From contig CM052818.1 of the NCBI GenBank assembly GCA_028534125.1, positions 41,914,001-41,978,000 of the forward strand: 64,000 nt of DNA, written 5' to 3'. This DNA comes from Lama glama (Eukaryota). The position numbers and the translations under genes are program-made. Below the pieces are notes generated by a model. It worked only from the letters and a program-made list of their open reading frames with translations. It was not told the DNA's origin and did no database searches. Of the stretch, positions 24,701-37,679 are shown piece after piece (the first letter of the stretch is position 1; each line of letters opens with the position of its first letter).

Positions 24701-25559
24701 ACCCCCTGTGGCCCGCCTGTGTTAACAGAAGTTTGATATTAAAGACTGATGGGGGCGGAAGCACTCGCTAATCTAGGTTTTCTGGTGGTGACTTTAGATG
24801 AACAATGTCCCTTTGATCTTCGGAAGCAGGCCCCCGAGTCCTGCCTACTTGGGGCTTGGAGCAGGCTCTGGAGGTCAGTTGGAGGCCTTAGAGAATCCAG
24901 TTTCCCAGAGCGGCAGGTTGGAGTGATTTGCATTTCAAAGGCTCCAGATAAACTGCAAAGGAGCACATTGGAGACAGAGATTCCTTCCAATTCCAAAAGA
25001 CTCAGAAAGGCTAGGTCATCGCTGACCACCTAGTGCAAGCCTGTCCAAGAGTGCGTTTAAGGGTGAAATAAGTAAAGGCGAGATGCAGCCAAGCACCGGG
25101 AAGATATAAGATACGCGGGAGGTTAAGATGAAAGGGAGCCCTGGGAAGTGACAAGCGGTCGGAAGTACCATGTTAATATTTTACCTGCATCCCCATCTGT
25201 TTTCTTTCATTTCCTCTGTAAGAGCAGGAAGGGCCTTTCATAATTACCTGGCTGACCCTAGTTTCACGAATGGTGGAACTTAAGTCCAGAAGGCCAGATA
25301 TCTTGTGTTTGGCTCAAATGGGTGAGGGCTGAGCCAGGATTAGAAGCCACGCGTCACATCTACCAGTCCTGGGTTCTCCCCTCTACAGTTTAATGGTCTC
25401 CCCGCAGATATCCAACAGGCTGGGCCAGTGCTGGTTTGGAAGCTACCACCATGAAACATGAGGGAAGTGGATTATGGGGAAGAAATCTAGGACCATAAAA
25501 CTGTCCCTTCCATTTTTTTCTTGCTTTGTGTTTGTTTTGGAAGGTTTAGGATTTTCACA

Positions 25560-26075
25560 GTGACTAGGATAGCAATATATATTAACAGCCTTAAAAGTAT
25601 ATCTCCTGTAAACTAACAAATGCATTTCTAGAAATTTATTCTTCAAAAATACTTCAGGTGTGCACAAAGTTTTAGCCAAAGGAATGATTATCTTAATCCT
25701 TTTGGGTTTTTTCTTTAAAGCACAAAATTGGAAAGAAACACCCCATACTAGGGGTATAGTTAAGTAAATTTTGACACATCCATAGGATAGACTATCATAT
25801 AGCTATTAAAGTGGTTTTATGGACTGTATTTAATGAAGCAGGAAAAAAAACCTTGACATATAAGTGGACAGAAAGTGTTATAGAAAAAATATATAGCATG
25901 TATGCTATTTTTGGATAAATAATATATATATATGAATCCAAAAATAATGGAAAATATATATCAAATTTTAATAGTCAGTGTCTTGGGTAATGGGATTTTT
26001 TTGGTATTTGTCTATATTTTTCACATTTTCTAGAATGAACATGTATTAGTTTTTGATGAAATAAAAAAAATTAAA
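25560..26075 (+). mobile_element. Ancient LINE-1 (L1ME-like) 3' end
   Basis: aaaattggaaa...gttaagtaaattttgacacatcca...tatagctattaaa...ttttctagaatgaacatgtattagtttt followed by an A-tail. Confidence 0.7.
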
Positions 26076-26999
26076 ACTTTTCAGAGTGATGATGAACGAC
26101 CAAACCATTTAACAAGACTATTTTTGACTTTGCTTGTATAAAAGTGTGGTTCTTCTAAGGATCAACTCACAAATACCCTGTAGCTGTTACTTCTTTAACC
26201 CATCTTGCCAGGTCAGATGTTTTGCATGTGTTGGCCCTACATTTAGGTTTTTTTTTTTTAATTATTGAACTGAATTGTGTTTTTTTAAATCACAAAATAA
26301 CCCCTATCAGACAATAGATAAAAGAGCTTTTTAAAGCTTTGAAGCAGAAACAAACAAATCATTAGGGATCTGGGCTTGCAAATTTGAAACAGAGATGCAT
26401 ATAACTGTCCCCACTGAGTGACTTCAGAACAAAGCCTGCAATATCGATCTTGACAACCTTAGGATGGTTTTACCTTGTAGGTTTCAATCCAAATAGTAAT
26501 AAGAATTTACAAGAGGCAGCTGTGACTGTGAGGTCTGAAGTCAACTGTTGCCAAAACAAAATCTGGTTAGTAAATTTGTACCATCGGCCAAACCAGGACA
26601 CTTTTAAAAGTTTCAGGAGTGCAACTGTCAGTACATAAGGCAACAGGTAGAAACTGGGACGGTCCGGAGCAAGAGGAAATTTAGGGTCAGCTTATGAATT
26701 TAGCTTCCTTTTAGGCAGTTCTGTTTTAGGGCCTATGTGGTATTAGGGAGTGTTGGAATGTGGGACTTGGACATGCCCTTGGAGGCCAGCCACCAGATTG
26801 CCTGATTGGGGAAGCTGAGGTGCAGAGTGAGGAGGAACTAACCGCAGACTGCACTGAATTTGTGCCAGCGGCAGGTCCTAGCTAATGATCCAAGGCTAAA
26901 TGCTTTCGCTGATAGTTTTCTGTAAAAGAAACAAAATCCTTTTATCTCAGGCCATGCAGAGGGCGCTAAGGCATTCAGAGGAGAGGAAACGGCACGCAG

Positions 27000-27190
27000 A
27001 AGTAGAGAGACCTGCCAGAAAGACCTGGTTTAAAATCCCACCTTTATTTCTGGCTTTATGACTTTGGCGGCAATCACTTAACCACTCTGAACCTCAGTTT
27101 CTTCATCTATAAAATTGGAAAGGTAATGACCACTTCATACGGTTGTAGGCTGAGTACCTATCAGGTATTCAGAAAATGGTAATCATCATT
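27000..27190 (+). mobile_element. MIR SINE
   Basis: cacttaaccactctgaacctcagtttcttcatctataaaattgg. Confidence 0.85.
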
Positions 27191-27214
27191 ATTATTCAGG
27201 TCATACATTGACTT

Positions 27215-27800
27215 TGCTTTTTAATTGTGGTCAAATATACATAACATAAAATGGAAACATAATTTACCATTTTCACCATTTTTAAGTGTACAGTTCAGTG
27301 GCATTAAGTGCATTCACACTGTTGTGTGGCTATCACCACCAGTCATCTCCAAACCTTTTTCATTATCACAGACAGTTCACACCCATCAAACATTAATTTC
27401 TCATTTCCACACCCTCCCCCCAACCCTCAGCAACCACCATTCTATTTTCTGTCACTGTGAATTTGATGAGTGTAGTTACCTCATATAAGTTCAATCATAC
27501 AACACATGTCCTTTTGTGTCTGGCTTATTTCACTTAGCATAATGCCTTTAAGGTTTATCCAAGCTGTAAAACGTGTAAGAACGTCCTTCCCTTTTCAAGG
27601 CTGAGTGATATTCCATTGTATGTTCATACTACATTTTGTTTATCCATTCATCCCTTGATAGGTGTTTGAGTTGTGTCCACCTTTCGGCTAGTATGAATGA
27701 TGCTGCTGTGAACATTGGTGTACAAGGATCTGCTTAGGTCCCTGCTGTCAATTCTTTTGTGGGTAAACCCCGAGGTGGAATTACTGGCCCACATGGCTGT
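27215..27800 (-). mobile_element. LINE-1 3' UTR (L1MB-like)
   Basis: ttaattgtggtcaaatatacataacataaaa...tttaagtgtacagttcagtggcattaag...gtctggcttatttcacttagcataat. Confidence 0.88.
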
Positions 27801-28374
27801 GCACCACTATTAAATGATGCTTGTGCATATAACCATAGACTGAAAAAGCTTACTAAACATTTTTGGGCCTCGCTGGAAATAATAAGTCTCTCAGACCCAG
27901 CCATAAATGCAAGTTACTAGAGGCATATTGATGATACGTAATAATGTAGGTTAAAAAAAGTGAGTTGGTCATTCCAGGGCTGTGGACGGGTTGGGGTGAC
28001 CCAAAGCATTTATTTGTCCTCCCCTCTTGCACTTGCAAAATCCTACGGTTCCAGAGACCTCACTTCCCAGCCCGAACTGCCCCTCACTTTCCTCCAGCAG
28101 ATTGTGCTCCTGGAAAGTTGTATTTAGTAATATTTTAAACGCTCATTATGCAAGGAACCCTGCGGTGGTTCCTTCTGTAAAGCAAGGCTCTGTTGGTGGA
28201 GGGAATAACAAGCTCTAAATTACTTGTAATAAATTAGAGCTTTGATGTAAAAAGGTCTGCCCGATGTGCAGGACTTCACAGTTTACAGGAGGCCCTCACC
28301 CTGCGAGTCCCAGTCATCTGGTGTTTATGGGGTGGAGCCAGGTAGGGAAATTTTTATCCCGAGGAGGGTGGGTT

Positions 28375-28555
28375 GAGTACCGCAGTAGAAAATAGGGCTT
28401 CAGGGGCCCACAGTCCTGCCTTCAAATTCCTTCTCTGCTACCAACTCTGCAACCGGAGCTAAGTACTTGTTCTCGCTGGACCTCAGTTTTCCCAGCTGGA
28501 AAATGGAGACAGTAACTGCCTCACGGGACTGTTGAAAAGATTAAATAAGATAGAT
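28375..28555 (+). mobile_element. MIR SINE
   Basis: ttcaaattccttctctgcta...cctcagttttcccagctggaaaatggag...gattaaataaga. Confidence 0.8.
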
Positions 28556-28683
28556 GGGCTTGGTAGGGGCTCCAGGTAGCCTGTCCCTGCTAAAGCATAA
28601 ACATTACATTCATATAAAATCTCAGAAATCATGTTCTGAAAGGAATCGCTTTCGTGAGGATTTCAGCCCAGCAAAAGTAAAGT

Positions 28684-29440
28684 TTTGTTTTGTTTTAGTT
28701 GACATTAGTTGATTAACAATGTTTAGTTTCAGGGGTACAGCAAAGTGATTTATATATAAACACGCACACGTATCTATTCTCTTTCAGCTCCTTTTCCATT
28801 ATAGATTATTACAAGATACTGAATATAGTTCCCTGTGCTATACAGTAGGTCTTTGTGGTTTATGTATTTTATATATAGTACTTCGTTAATCCCAAACTTC
28901 TAACTTATCCCTCCCCCACCTTTTTCTTTGGTAACCATAAGTTTATTTTCTGTCTGTGAATATATTCCTGTTTTGTAAATAAGCTCATTTGTATCTTTTT
29001 TTTTAGATTCCACATATAAGTGACATAAGATTTTTGTCTTTCTATGTCTGACTTAGTTCACTTAGTATGACCATCTTTAGATCCATCCATGTTGCCACAG
29101 ATGGCATTATTTCATTCTTTTTTATGGCTGAGTAATATTCCATTGTATAAATATACCACATCTTCTTTATCTGTTCATCTGTCAGTGGGCATTTAGGTTG
29201 CTTCCATGTTTTGGCTATTCTAAGTAGGGCTGCTATGAACATTGGGGTACATGTATATTTTCAAATTAAGAGTTTTTGTCTTTTCCAGATAGATGCCCAG
29301 GAGTGGGATTGCTGGATCCTACGATAATTCTATTTTTAGTTTTTTAAGGAACTTTCCTACTGTTTTCCATAGTGGCTTCATTAATTTACACTCCCCCCAA
29401 CAGTGTAGGAGGGTTCTCTTTTCTCCACACTCTCTCCAGT
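28684..29440 (-). mobile_element. 5'-truncated LINE-1 (ORF2 C-terminus plus 3' UTR)
   Basis: Minus-strand translations [22 protein letters not shown] (zinc-knuckle region) and MFIAALLRIAKTWKQPKCP...EYYSAIKKNEI are L1 ORF2p C-terminal sequence. Confidence 0.93.
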
Positions 29441-31009
29441 GGAAAATAAAGTTATTTTTTCCTGCAGAAAGTTCAGTAATAAGGGTCTTTTCACAACCAT
29501 ACATTTATAAATTTCAAACCACATCCCTAAAGCATCCTTGTGTCCGATTACATTTAACTCTTACTTACCAGCCAGGGACTTCATTTTACTGTCACTGCGA
29601 AGTGGCCTTATCTCTTTATCAATGGCTCTTTATAACAAGAAAGCACAAAGTTCCACAGCATCAAGATTTTTTAAAATAAAAACTGTTTCAGCGTAATGCA
29701 ATTTGTGTTCCCTAAGCAATGGCTTAATACATGATCTCCAAGATAAAAACGGGAGGTGGTTTCCCATAGTAGAGGGCCATTCCTGCCCCAGTCAGTGGAA
29801 AGGCCCTCTCCCTGCCATCAGGTTAGCACTTACACAACCTTCACATTCTTCAGATTCCCCCAGCCCTCTAGATGGGCAATGTCCCACCATTGTCCCCATT
29901 TACAGGCTGAAAAACTGAGTTCCAGAGAGGTGAGGTCAGTCGCCCAAGGAGTCCCAGCTGATAGGTGGATAAGATGGTGTCTCCTCTCTCCACACGCCTG
30001 TGGGCCCCAGAGCTGAGAGTGTCCCAAGGTGGCTCCTCTTCCCTGCCCCTCTATCCAGGGCCATCTAGAAGCTTCCAGTGGGGGACCAGCTTCAGGCTGT
30101 GACAGGCTGAGGGCGGAGGGACCCCTGCAGGGGGCTGGAGGCTGAGAGGTGGACAGGAGGAGATCCTTATTTGAGGAACCAAGCAGATCCTGAGTTCATC
30201 AACAAGAAATGTGTCCTTCTGGATGTTTCGGAGCCAACAGTGCAGCGCCTGAGGAGGAAGCCAGCCTGCCCAAAGACCTGAATGGAATTTCTTGGTGTAG
30301 GAAATAGAAGGGAGATCAAAGCGCCCTTATCTCTGGGGAGGCATCTGAGATTTCATGGGACCCTGCCCCCTCCTCCGGGCCTGGCTTGCTCCACCCCTTG
30401 GATGCAGATGCCTGGAGGGGGCGGAGCACCTAGGCCAGCTGGTCCCCAGCCTGGCACACACTTGATATCCCCTCAATATTTGTTGAATGAAGGACAGGTG
30501 ACTCCCTGCGCTTGGCGTTTCCATCTGTGAAATGGGGATAATATTAGTACTTAATTCAGTTCTGCTGTATGTACCGAGTGAGAGAAATCAGCAAAGCAGC
30601 TTGGAAATCCGGAGACCATCCAGCGGGTTAGCAGCTGTCACCATTTGGGCTGTGGTTAGTGGAGGAGAGAGATCTCTGTCTTCTGGGTGTACCAAGAAGG
30701 GCCTCCTGCCTCCGTGAGCCGGGACCAGGCCTCAGAGAAGCGAGATCTGGGACCACGCGACAGCACCCCGGGAGGAGGAACCACGGGGACGAAGGCAGAG
30801 CAGAGAGTGGGGCCGGGCGGGAGCGCGGGGGCAGAGCCGTGCGCGTGCACTGCTCGCTGCTGACGCCCTTCCTTGCTCTGTGCTCAGAGCAGGACAGGGA
30901 GGCCCGCTTCCCCGGCACCTCAGCTCCTCCTGACACTCAGTGCAAGTGCCCACGCTCCATTCGCCTTCTTCAAACGTCCTGTGGTAGAGAGGCCGGAGCA
31001 GGAGTCAGG

Positions 31010-31172
31010 GCAGCACATCTTGTGCTCGGGGGGCCTGCAAATCTGCCAGGGTTCATAAAAATGTGCCTTCTGATGCTGCAGGTCTGGGGTGGGCCTGAGG
31101 CTCCACAGGTCTAACAGCTCTCATGGATGCCGAGGTCTCTGGTCCCGGTCTGTGGACCACACTTTGAGTAGC
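31010..31172. mobile_element. MER5-like hAT-Charlie MITE
   Basis: caggtctggggtgggcctgag...tctaacagctc...ggaccacactttgagtagc. Confidence 0.7.
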
Positions 31173-31276
31173 TGGGCTGGGGAGACCCCCGAGGAAGACT
31201 CCTGGAGCTTCTGGCTCCTGGGAGGACCCCCAGCTGAGGGAAGTGACTCTTGGCTGCCTTGTCTGTGAGCCCAGCT

Positions 31277-31280
<4 letters not shown>

Positions 31281-31322
<42 letters not shown>
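31281..31322. repeat. Perfect (TG)21 microsatellite
   Basis: Seen directly in the sequence. Confidence 0.97.
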
Positions 31323-31324
<2 letters not shown>

Positions 31325-32610
31325 ATCTATCTCTCTGCTCCTCTCCTTCTCTTTTCACTGACACAGCCTCTCTGACTCTGCTCCTGTTTGTCTGGGTGTC
31401 TGTCTTCTGACTCCACCTCTGGGGGTCTCTGCCTGGGTCTCCACCTGACCGCAGGGTGCCCAGGTCTCGAATGCCGGCTGTCCCTTAGTCTGCCTGTCAG
31501 AAAGCTTTTCTGGGCCCCGGCTGATGATGGGAGCTGTCACGTGGCGGGGAGAGGCGCCGAGTGCTAACAACTGGCTGACAGCTGGTCACAGCTGGTCACA
31601 GCCTGGGCAGGCCCGGGCGTGGGAAACCCAACTCAGGCCACAACAGCTGGGAGGGGACCACACTCAGAAGACGGGCCCACGGACTGCCACACAGCGCGCA
31701 GGGGGCAGAGCCCAAGGCCTCGCGCCCGCCAGCCCCGCCACGTCCGAGGAAGGAGGCCAACGCGCAGGGCAGCCCTGGGGCTGGCCCGCTCCCAACTTGC
31801 CCCGCAGCCCTGGTCCAGGGGCCGAGCTGTCTCGGGCCTCATGCCGCTGGTCCAGCTTCTGCTCAGGCAGACTGTGGACTTTATTTGGTGGGTCCATGAA
31901 GGGTAAGACGAAGAAGAAGGAAAGCTTTGCGTCCCTCCATGAGGATGCTTCCTTGGAAGCTCTGTCTGTGTGTATTTGAGCACGCACGCAGGCGCTGGGG
32001 TGGGGGATGCTTCAGGAGGGAGCGTTTGTGTCAGACAGCTGGCACTTCTAGAAAGCTAAGGACCTATCATGAAAGCCAAATGCGTGAATACAGTGCATGG
32101 CAAACAGCAGAGAGCAGAAAATATAAATGCTGGTTATTACCACCATGATCGTTATTGCTTTAAATGTTAAAATTTTATTCTACCCATTTTGAGCAGAAAC
32201 GATTCTAAAAGATGCCACAAACGGCCTGCTTTCTTAATCCAGGGACACTGAGCCAATTAAACCGAGAGCCGGCACTGCTGCTGGACGAGGCAAGGCACAG
32301 AGGGGTCTGGACCGCAGGCTCCCACCTCCCTGCCCTGAAGTTCCTGCTCTACCTGCGGCCGGTTCCTGACCCCAGGCTGCCGGCTAAGACTGCTCGGGGC
32401 CTTCCCCAGGGACCCCCGGTTCATCTGCGGCTGCTCCCAGCTCAGCGGATAAGCAGGGCTGCGGAAGTGGATGCAAAGTGAGAGGCAGCGGACACCCCAG
32501 CCTAAGTGGGTTTTGAACAATAAAGGATACAGCCCCTGGGTGTCCCTTTGGTCCCCATGACTTTGTTCAGAAGCTCCTTATTTCTTAGTTACCTACTTGT
32601 GGCTGGTACC

Positions 32611-32705
32611 GTGTGTGTGTGTGTGTGTGTGTGTGTCTATGTGTGTGTGTGTGTCTATGTGTGTGTGTGTGACAGAGAGAAAGAGACAGAGATAGAGAGA
32701 CAGAG
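32611..32705. repeat. Compound (TG)n/(GA)n microsatellite
   Basis: Seen directly; TG runs interrupted twice by CTA. Confidence 0.93.
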
Positions 32706-32979
32706 TCACAAGGGCACTCCCAGTAACTCAGAGCCTGGTGACACCTATCCCAGCAATCCAGCCTGATTCTGGAGTTTATTTCCCAGCCGAACGCTGTCCT
32801 CCACGAGACCTGACTTAGCATCTTCAGAGATTTACTGTCTAACTCCCATCAAGGACCCGGGGGACATGTGGGCTCACACCAGCCCTCCCTCAGCCTCTGT
32901 TCTCTCAGGCACGGCTGGTGTGGAAAGTGAGACCAAAGAGGCATTAGGCAAATTTTTGAGAATCCTACTAATGTGCTTA

Positions 32980-33420
32980 AGCCCCACCCCAGCCATGGCT
33001 CCCCACAGCTTTCAGAGGAAAATCCAGACGGCTTTTCGTGGCCGCCCCTTCCTCACCCTTCCAGCTCCCAGCCCTGCCCTGGAGCACCAGGCCCCTCCAC
33101 ACTGGCCGTCTTCCATTGCCCCAGACATTTCAAGCTCTTTCCACTCACAGGCCTTTGCATTGGCTCCATCGCCTGGAATGTTCCTCAGCCCCTCCCTGCC
33201 ACATTCCTCCCCCTCCCAAGTCTTCCCATCTTGGTGTCGCCTCCTCAGAGAGGCCTTTGCTAGCCATCCTATTCAGGTAGGTCTCCCTTTCTGCACACCG
33301 CCTTCACTCTGTGTATGTCCCTGTGTATAATAATTTGGAATAACTTTGTGTCCTTTTTTGTTTGTCGTCTCCTCTCCTCCACTTCCAACTAAACTATAAG
33401 CCTCATGAGGGCAGTGGCAT
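32980..33420 (+). mobile_element. L2 LINE 3' fragment
   Basis: atggctccccacagctttcagaggaaaatcca...ggcctttgcattggct...gcctggaatgttc...aactataagcctcatgagggcag. Confidence 0.78.
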
Positions 33421-33589
33421 CTCAGGAGTTCTGGCCTCCAGGGGCGCAGAGGCATTCCAAAATGACGGAAGGAGGTGCTGAGCGTCCTGACGGAACACTG
33501 CTGGGTCCTCCGCTCAGCTTGCTGAGGAGAACGCAGATGACGCAGCCTCCCTCTTCAAGAGCTCTGTGATGCGCCGGGGGATGTCCCCG

Positions 33590-34131
33590 TCACTAGGGCT
33601 GCACCCAATAGTCCTCCAAAACTCACTGGCGTAAAGCAACCATTTACTGGGCTCACTGGTTCTGTGGGCTGGGAATTTAGACAGGACTCAGTGGGGACAG
33701 CTTGCCTCTGCTCCTTGATGGCGCATCTGGGAAACTCAAAGTACAGGGACTGGGATCATGTAAAGGCTGGCTCCCTTGTGGGTCTGATGATTGAGCCGGT
33801 TCTGGGCTGGGAGCCTCTGTTCCTCTCCCTGGGCTTCTCCGTGTGGACTCTCCCTGTGGGCTGATTTGAGCTCCCTCACAGCATGGGGGCTGATTTCAAA
33901 CACAAGTATCCCAGGAGATTCTAGTAGGTATGACATCACCCGTTATGAACTCGTCTCAGAAATCACCCAGTATCACTGCCACCACGCTGTACCCAACACA
34001 GCAGCCGCGGTGTCCCATCCATATTCAAGGAGAGGTAAATCCTACCTCTCCACAGGGAGTGGCAAGGGTCTGGAAGACCACAGGGGACTGAAAATACAGC
34101 TGTGCCGCTTTTGGAATCTGAAATTGGCCAC
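33590..34131 (-). mobile_element. MaLR solo LTR (MLT1G/H-like)
   Basis: ccaaaactcactggcgtaaagcaaccattta...ttctgtgggctgggaatttagacaggactcag...gccgcttttggaa...ccacca. Confidence 0.72.
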
Positions 34132-35994
34132 CAGAAGATGATAATAATATAGGATGAGAAGGGGCACTGGCATCCCCTGAGACTTCACGCCATGGAGGTG
34201 GGCTTGGGATGAAATAATAATCACGGTAGAAATAGCAGGGAGCAGGTGAGAGAAATTTTAGGTTGACTGCCTACTTACATGGCAGGCCCCTGGTGGATAT
34301 TTTACATGTAATATCTCACTTAATGAGATAACATTAGATGTGCCTTTCACAACTTAACAAATCATTTTCACACATGATACTTTAACATCCTCCCAGCCCC
34401 AAGGTCTCAGCCTTACCCATGAGAAAACTGAGGTTGAGAACAAGCAAGGGGGCTCTGCCTTCCTTCCCAAAGCCTGGAACAGCAGAGCCTGCTCCAGGCA
34501 CAGAAGATTCTGGGCTACAGCCCGCCAGCCACACAGCAGATCTGATGACAGACAGGCTCAGACAGGATTTCAGGTCCTCTAGACCAGGCGAACGAAGTGG
34601 ACAATTTAATATCAGCTTGCACTTTGCAGCTGGTGTGAAAGCAGACGTAGTGCTCTGGGAGGTTTCTGTGATTTCCTCCCACAGTCACCCTGCTGTCTCC
34701 CATGGGGCTTCTCCCGTGCCTGTGGATAATGCCGCCATCCCGGGTCAATCCCCAGATCAAATCCCAGGGAAGCCCCATCCCAGCTGGAGAGCCAGCCCCA
34801 CTTTCTCACGCGATACGGCTTCGAGAAGGTGCACACGGATCTCCGGGGCTCTCATGAGCACATTGAGGTTAGCCCCACCCTGTCGCTGCCGCTCCGGTCA
34901 AGTGAGAAGAGTGGGGACACATCACTTTGCCCAGTGAGCTTCAGCTGTCTGCTCTGCGGAGTGGGGACAGTACGAGCCGGCCTGCCTGGCCCCCCTTTTG
35001 TGGAGAGAGTGAAATGAGGAGGAGGGAGGTAAGGTGGGGCCTGAACCATTAAGTCTTGCGACATATCGTCAGCTGCTGGCTGATCAAGGACCCCAGGGGG
35101 CAAACCCACCCTCTTCTTTGGGGGTTCAGGTTTTGGATGTGTCTATTGGAAAATCTGTGTGTGTCGCTTTGGGTAAAGCTAGGTACTGTAGTAACAAATT
35201 AACCAAAAAATGTCCAGTTGCTCAAATCAAGTCATAGTGTTTGAGAGACTTTGCTCTCATCCCTGGACAGGAAGGATCTGTCAGTCCCTCTCCACTTCCA
35301 TTTGCAAGTGGAAGGGACCACATGGAAGTGCTTTAACCAGCCTTGGTCCCTGAATGAAATAAATCCATCTTAGGAGCAATTTACCTTCCAATTCTGGGCG
35401 CCCGCTGCATAATTTCACATCCTGTGACTACACACTAATTTATTGAACCACCTCTGTAGGTTGATTCTGTTTTTTGGTTGTCATTGATGTAATTTTAAAT
35501 GATGTTGTGAATTACAGCTTTAAAATGCAATTTATGTTATTTTAGGGGATATAGTTGTCTTGTGAATATAGCTTTAAAATGCATTTTAGGTTATTTTAGT
35601 GGCATCTTAAGATGGAGAGGATTCAAACATGTGTGCTTAGTTTGAGTTTTGACTCAAAACTCTGCAGGTTTCTTTATATACATTTTTTGTTACAGAAACT
35701 TAAAATGCAGACATCCCATCAACTGTAACCTAGTTTCAACACGATCAACATTTTGCTGATCTTCTGTCTGTCTAGACGTTTATTTTTTTTAACTTGCTAC
35801 AGTGTTTTAAAGTAAGTTCTAAACTTCATATACTTCTACATAAATAAGGTAATAAAATTTTTTAAGTTTAGAATGAGATACTTTATTTACATAATTTACA
35901 GTGCAAGTTTTTTACCCACCCACATCTTTTCTCAGAGGTCACCAATGTTGTCTGGCTCTTGTAAATCCCATCCAGAATCTATTATGCGTTATGT

Positions 35995-36107
35995 GGGACT
36001 TCTCAGCCTCCATATTGTGTGAGCCAATTTTTGTAGTAAATTTTCTCATATATATTTACAAATATAGCCTATTGATTCTGTTTTTCTGGAGAACCCTGAC
36101 TAATACA
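35995..36107 (+). mobile_element. MLT2 (ERVL LTR) 3' fragment
   Basis: ggacttctcagcctccata...cctattgattctgtttttctggagaaccctgactaataca. Confidence 0.8.
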
Positions 36108-36254
36108 ACCATATCTTCCTGAAAGTGCCCTGGATTTGATCTTTGCCTGGAAATCATTCTTAATTTGAAAATTATTTACCATCTGGAGAGACTGAGTATG
36201 AGAAAAAATTTTATTTTCTAACACAGTACATCCTGCCCTTTGCTTTTTTTAAGG

Positions 36255-36940
36255 TTTTTTTTTTAATTAATAGACTTTTTTTTTTTAAGAGCAGTTTTAT
36301 GTTCACAACGAAGTTAAGTGGAAAATGTTACATTCCCACATACCCCCTTCTTCACCAAACACAAACTCCTCACCACTAACTTCCAACATCATGGAGGACG
36401 TTTGTGACAAATGATGAACCAAACCAACATTGTCCACCCAAGTTCACGGTTCACATTGAGCTTCACATTTTGTGTTGTACGTTCCACTGTTTTTGACAAA
36501 TGTATGATGACATATATTGACCATTATAGCATCACAGAGAATGGTGTCACTGCCTTAAGAGTGTTCTGTGCTCCACCTATTCATCCCCTCCTCCTCCCAA
36601 AACCCTGGCAACCCCTGATCTTTTTACTGTCTCCATAGTTTTGATTTTTCCAGAATGTAATATTGTTGGGATCATATAGCGTGTGGCCTTTTCAGACTGC
36701 CTTTCTTCACTTGAAAATGTGCCTTTAGGTTTACTCTATATCTTTTCCTGACTTGATAACTCATTACTTTGCATTGTTGAGTAATATTTCATTGTCTATT
36801 TATACCACAGTTTATTGATTAATTTCCCTATTGAAGGACACCTTGGTTGCTTCCAAGTTTGGGCGGTTAAAAGCAAAGTTGCTATAAACATTTGTGTGTG
36901 GGTTTTTGTGTGGACAAAAGTTTTCAATTCATGTGGGTAC
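36255..36940 (-). mobile_element. LINE-1 3' UTR (L1MC-like)
   Basis: taatagactttt...agagcagttttatgttcaca...gttttgacaaatgtatgatgaca...ttgaaggacaccttggttgcttccaagttt. Confidence 0.85.
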
Positions 36941-37679
36941 CTTTTTTTTTTTTTTAATTTAAAAAGCTCTTTGTTATCTTACTTCTCTGCCTCTCATGTT
37001 ATCACAAGCAACTTGGAGGAGCCACAGAACACCACTCGGCCTGGAAATTTCCTTAACTGGACTGTACATTCATTAGGTACATTTCTTAATTTTCATGTTA
37101 CCCGGGTGATAATACTGTCACATTTCATCTCCTTGAATGCAAGATCTTCTGTCTTCTAGCTTCTGATCACACTTTTCTCACCTTCAAGTCTTCACCAACA
37201 GCCTCCTCAAGCCCTTTGATTTCTATCATGTCTGGTCCCAAAGCTGACACTACATCTTTTACGTTTGTTACAGCAACACCAGATGCCCTGTACCAAAACC
37301 TATCCCAGTTATCTACGGTTTTATAAAAACAAAAAACCTACCTCATCCTTGGTGGCTTAAAACAACAGCAATGATTAATTTTGCTCGTGAATCTGCAGTC
37401 TGGGCAAGGCTCAGTGAGACGGGCTCATCTCTGCTCCTTGGGGCATCGGCTGGGAGAGTTCTCACTGCTTTCCTAACAGAGATCCAAGTGGAATACGTTA
37501 GACCTTCTCTCGCCCAATCCTCCCAGTCTCTTGACCTTCCTTTCTTAGTCTCTGTGATGCATTCTGACTGTTTTGTTTAAATTCTAATTTACCAGTTTTC
37601 CCTGTTGGTTCTCATCTCCATTTAAACCCATCTAGTAAGTCTTGAACTTCAATCTGAACTCCTTTCTTTTAAAAAATGC

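Larger units (their letters stand above)
30720..31902. promoter_or_regulatory. CpG-enriched GC-rich region with E-box cluster; candidate promoter or enhancer
   Basis: Visibly CpG-dense at ~30720-30920 and ~31520-31860. GTCACGTG at 31536, CAACTG at 31568, CAGCTG at 31579, 31589 and 31644. CpG observed/expected not computed. Confidence 0.4.

Noticed and set aside
31880..31885. Minus-strand AATAAA as the 3' end of a gene
   Set aside because: No recognisable upstream terminal exon and no GU-rich downstream element. A lone hexamer is uninformative.
33432..33448. CTCF motif TGGCCTCCAGGGGCGCA
   Set aside because: One G short of the core spacing (AG-R-K-GGC), so a poor fit.
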